A stretch of DNA of 64,000 nt from Heptranchias perlo (taxonomy: Eukaryota), in assembly GCF_035084215.1 (NCBI RefSeq), contig NC_090366.1, forward strand, positions 10,416,001 through 10,480,000. The letters are read 5' to 3'. Positions within the stretch are counted from its first letter, which is position 1, and each line of letters starts with the position of its first letter. Positions 60,901-64,000 of the stretch are shown in pieces. Under the pieces are notes generated by a model. The model did not search any database. It was given only the letters and a program-made list of their open reading frames with translations, and was not told the origin of the DNA. The position numbers were made by a program, and so were the translations under genes.

Positions 60901-61508
60901 AACTTGAATACATTTTACTTCAGATATATAGTTAATACAATAAGATTCTTGTTTTAATTATTGGAATAGTTTATATCATTGACAGGGGAGACGATGGAAA
61001 GCGCCCCACCCATGCACCTGGTTGGAGTTGAATCGTTAACCTACATGGTGAAACAGTTCAATATTCCTCAACCCCTACATTTGCACACTGTACATCGATC
61101 TACACCCAATGGAAGTTTAAAGCAAAACTCAGCATCTATCAACACATATTTAAAAGTCGCTGCCACGTTTCATTCTGGACACGAGGTAGCAAGTCGTTTG
61201 AAGAAGACTGTTTGAGAAATGCTGTCTATGTTGGAGCGGAAATAACTATGATTTCAGTAAAAGGTTACATTAAATACATAATGTAAAGTTAGGATAGCTT
61301 AGCCATTGAGCGATTACCCCAGAATATATGACTATTCAGCAAACACACTCACCCAGACAGATTCATTTATCATATCCGCATCAAGAACAATGAAACAGTT
61401 TAACGCAAGTTCGCACTCCTGGTAAGATTACGACTTACCTGGGATACCAACAGCCGAAAGAATTGGATAGTAAATTGCATACACCTGACCAGTTACTGGC
61501 TCATGCAT
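57907..61508 (-). CDS. Rhodopsin-class orphan GPCR, GPR139-like family (GPCR-3, 324 aa, 2 exons; close paralog of GPCR-1)
   Basis: Exon 1 61439-61508 (MHEPVTGQVYAIYYPILSAVGIP) + exon 2 57907-58811. Roughly 90% aa identity to GPCR-1 by eye; intron and flanks are also homologous. Confidence 0.9.
58980..59300 (+). mobile_element. tRNA-derived SINE (DeuSINE-like), internally deleted, in GPCR-3 intron
   Basis: A-box-like GGCTCAGTGG, B-box GGTTCAAGTCC; paralogous to 27460-27890. Confidence 0.65.
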
Positions 61509-61559
61509 TCTCTCTCACAAGCGATTACGTCTCAACTGCCTCAACACATGGTTTGCGGT

Positions 61560-61650
61560 AGAACCAATATATAGGTCACGGGAGCCTCCAGTGACACAAT
61601 TAGGTAACATAATTACTGATGTTAGTTCCCCTCGTTTGCACAAACAAACT
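61560..61650 (-). promoter_or_regulatory. Putative GPCR-3 proximal promoter (TATATA 61568-61573; 26-mer 61599-61624)
   Basis: Conserved with the GPCR-1 upstream region. Confidence 0.55.
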
Positions 61651-61949
61651 GAGCGAGTTGTTTTCATTCTAATGATGTAATACAATTGAATGTGTTTAAA
61701 GTTTATTAAACTTTTTTTAAGGGAAACACCTAAAAGTGTTATTTTGGTAACATTCCTTCCAAAATCAATATTGAAAGGTGTATCCAGCAATGTCCTTCAA
61801 TGGATCTCAAGGCCAGGTTTGATCTTTGGTGTGTGCTAAGTTGGCTGAACTGTCTGTAGAGTGACGGTGAGGCTGATCAAATTGACTGGAAAGGCAAACA
61901 GTTGACAGATTGCATAGACTAGGTTTGAATTCCCTTAAGATTTATTCCA

Positions 61950-64000
61950 TTAACATGGAGAGTGAAGTAGTTGAATCCAAAACTAGGGTCTGGAATCTAA
62001 ACAAAGGAAATTACGAAAGTATGAGATGCGAGTTGGCAAGGATGGATTGAGGAACTTTACTAAAAGGGATGACGGTGGATAGGCAATGGCTAATATTTAA
62101 AGAACGTGTGCAGGAATTACAACAATTATTCATTCCTGTCTGGTGCAAAAATAAAACAGGAAAGGTGGCTCAACCGTGCTTACAAAAGAAATTAGGGATA
62201 GTATTAGATCCAAAGAGGAGACATATAAAATTGCCAGAAAAAGCGGCAAGCCTGAGGATTGGGAACAGTTTAGAATTCAGCAAAGGAGAACAAAGAGATT
62301 GATTAAGGGGGAGAAAATAGAGTATGATAGTAAATTAGTATAGAAACTGAGTGTAAATGCTTCTATAAATATGTCAAGAGAAAAAGATTCGTGAAGATTA
62401 GGTCCCTTGCAATCAGAAATGGGGGAAATTATAATGGGGAACAAAGAAATGGCAGAACAATTAAACACCTACTGTGTTCTGTCTTCACAAAGGAGGACAC
62501 AAATAACCTGCCAGAAATGGTAGGGAACCAAGGGTCTAATGAGAGGGAGGAACTGAAGGAAATCAGTATTAGTAAAAAAATAGTGCTCGGGAAATTAACG
62601 GGGCTAAAGGCTGGCAAATCCCCAGGGCCTGATAATCTACATCCCAGAGTACTAAAGGAGGTGGCCCTGAAAATAGTGGATGCATTGGTGATCATCGTTC
62701 AAAATTCTATAGACTCTGAAACTGTTCCTACAGATTGGAGGGTGGCAAATGTAACCCCACTATTTAAAAAAGGAGGGAGAGAAAAAACAGGGAATTAAAG
62801 ACCAGTTAGCCTAACATCAGTAGTGGGGAAAATGCTCGAGTCTATTATAAAGGATGTTATAACAAAACACTTGGAAGGCATTAACGGGATTGGACAAAGT
62901 CAGCATGGGCTTATGAAAGGGAAATCATGCTTAACAAATCCACTGGAGTTTTTTGAGGAGGTAACTAGTAAAATAGATAGGGGAGAACCAGTGAATGTGG
63001 TGTACTTGGACTTTCAGAAGGCTTTTGATAAGGGCCCACACAAGAGGTTAGTGTGCAAAATTAAAGCACATGGGATTGGGGAAATATGCTGGCATGGATT
63101 GAGAATTGGTTGACAGACAGGAAATGGAGAGTAGGAATAAACGGGTCTTTTCCAGGTGGCAGGCAGTGATTAGTGGGGTACTGCAGGGGTCAGTGCTTGG
63201 GCCCCAGCTATTCACAACATATATCAATGATTTGGATAAGGGAACTGAATGTAACATTTCCAAGTTTGCAGATGACACAAAGCTGGGGTGGAACGTGAGC
63301 TGTGAGGAGGATGCAAAGAGGCTCCAATGTGATTTAGACAAGTTGGGTGAGTGGGCAAGAACATGGCAGATGCAGTATAACGTGGATAAATGTGAGGTTA
63401 TCCACTTTGGTTGTAAAAACAGAAGGACAGATTATTATCTGAATGGTAATAGATTGGGAAAAGGGGAGGTGCAACGAGACCTGGGTGTCCTTGTACACCA
63501 GTCGCTGAAAGCGAGCATTCAGGTGCAGCAAGCAGTTAGGAAGGCGAATGGTATGTTGGCGTTCATTGCAAGAGGATTTGAGTACAGGAGCAGGGATGTC
63601 TTACTGCAGTTATACAGGGCCTTGGTGAGACCACATCTGAAGTATTGTGTGCAGTTTTGGTCTCCTTATCTGAGGAAGGATGTCCTTGCCATGGAGGGAG
63701 TCCAGGACTGACGTATGAGGAGAGATTGGGTCGACTAAGCCTATATTCTCTAGAGTTTAGAAGAATGAGAGGTGATCTCATTGAAACATATAAAATTCTA
63801 ACAGGACTAGACAGACTAGATGCAGGGATGATGTTCCCGATGGATGGGAATACATAACCAGGGGTCACAGTCTCAGGATACGGGTTATGCCATTTAGAAC
63901 TGAGATGAGGAGAAATTTCTTCACTCAGAGGGTGGTAAACCTGTGGAATTCTCTACCACAGAAGGCAGTGGAGGCCAAGTCATTAGATGTATTCAAGATG
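61950..64000 (+). mobile_element. CR1-type LINE ORF2 (RT), degenerate, runs off the right edge
   Basis: KSPGPDNLHPRVLKE, SQHGLMKGKSCLTN, VVYLDFQKAFDK, QGSVLGPQLF, SKFADDTKL, LVRPHLKYCVQFWSPY in frameshifted ORFs. Confidence 0.92.

Noticed and set aside
26383-61508. Assigning symbols GPR139, MAG, CD22 or SIGLEC1
   Set aside because: Similarity is at family level only; multi-copy paralogs cannot be called orthologs without a phylogeny.

Overview
Vertebrate genomic DNA, most likely a cartilaginous fish (inferred from the repeat content and the GPCR family). All host genes are on the minus strand and form an interleaved tandem array of two families. (1) Three Siglec/MAG/CD22-like Ig receptors. 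Copy A is partial and runs off the left edge. Copy B is a pseudogene with at least four lesions. Copy C is complete (8 exons, about 546 aa: V-set + 3 C2-type Ig domains, TM, tail with ITIMs). (2) Three intact two-exon rhodopsin-class GPCRs of the GPR139-like type. Shared flanks show that a GPCR-spacer-Siglec cassette has been duplicated as a unit. All three V-set domains have Ser where Siglecs have the essential sialic-acid-binding Arg. B and C have similar ectodomains but divergent TM and tail exons, a paired-receptor pattern. A Penelope-derived ~205-bp palindrome sits inside an exon of B, and a second Penelope copy carries an apparently intact hammerhead ribozyme. An exact 26-bp motif occurs upstream of two GPCR genes and once on its own. 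The remainder is CR1/L2/Tx1 LINE fragments, SINEs, a Harbinger fragment and a 4-kb compound satellite. Exon boundaries were read by eye from splice sites and paralog comparison. Repeat boundaries and family names are approximate and unverified by database search.
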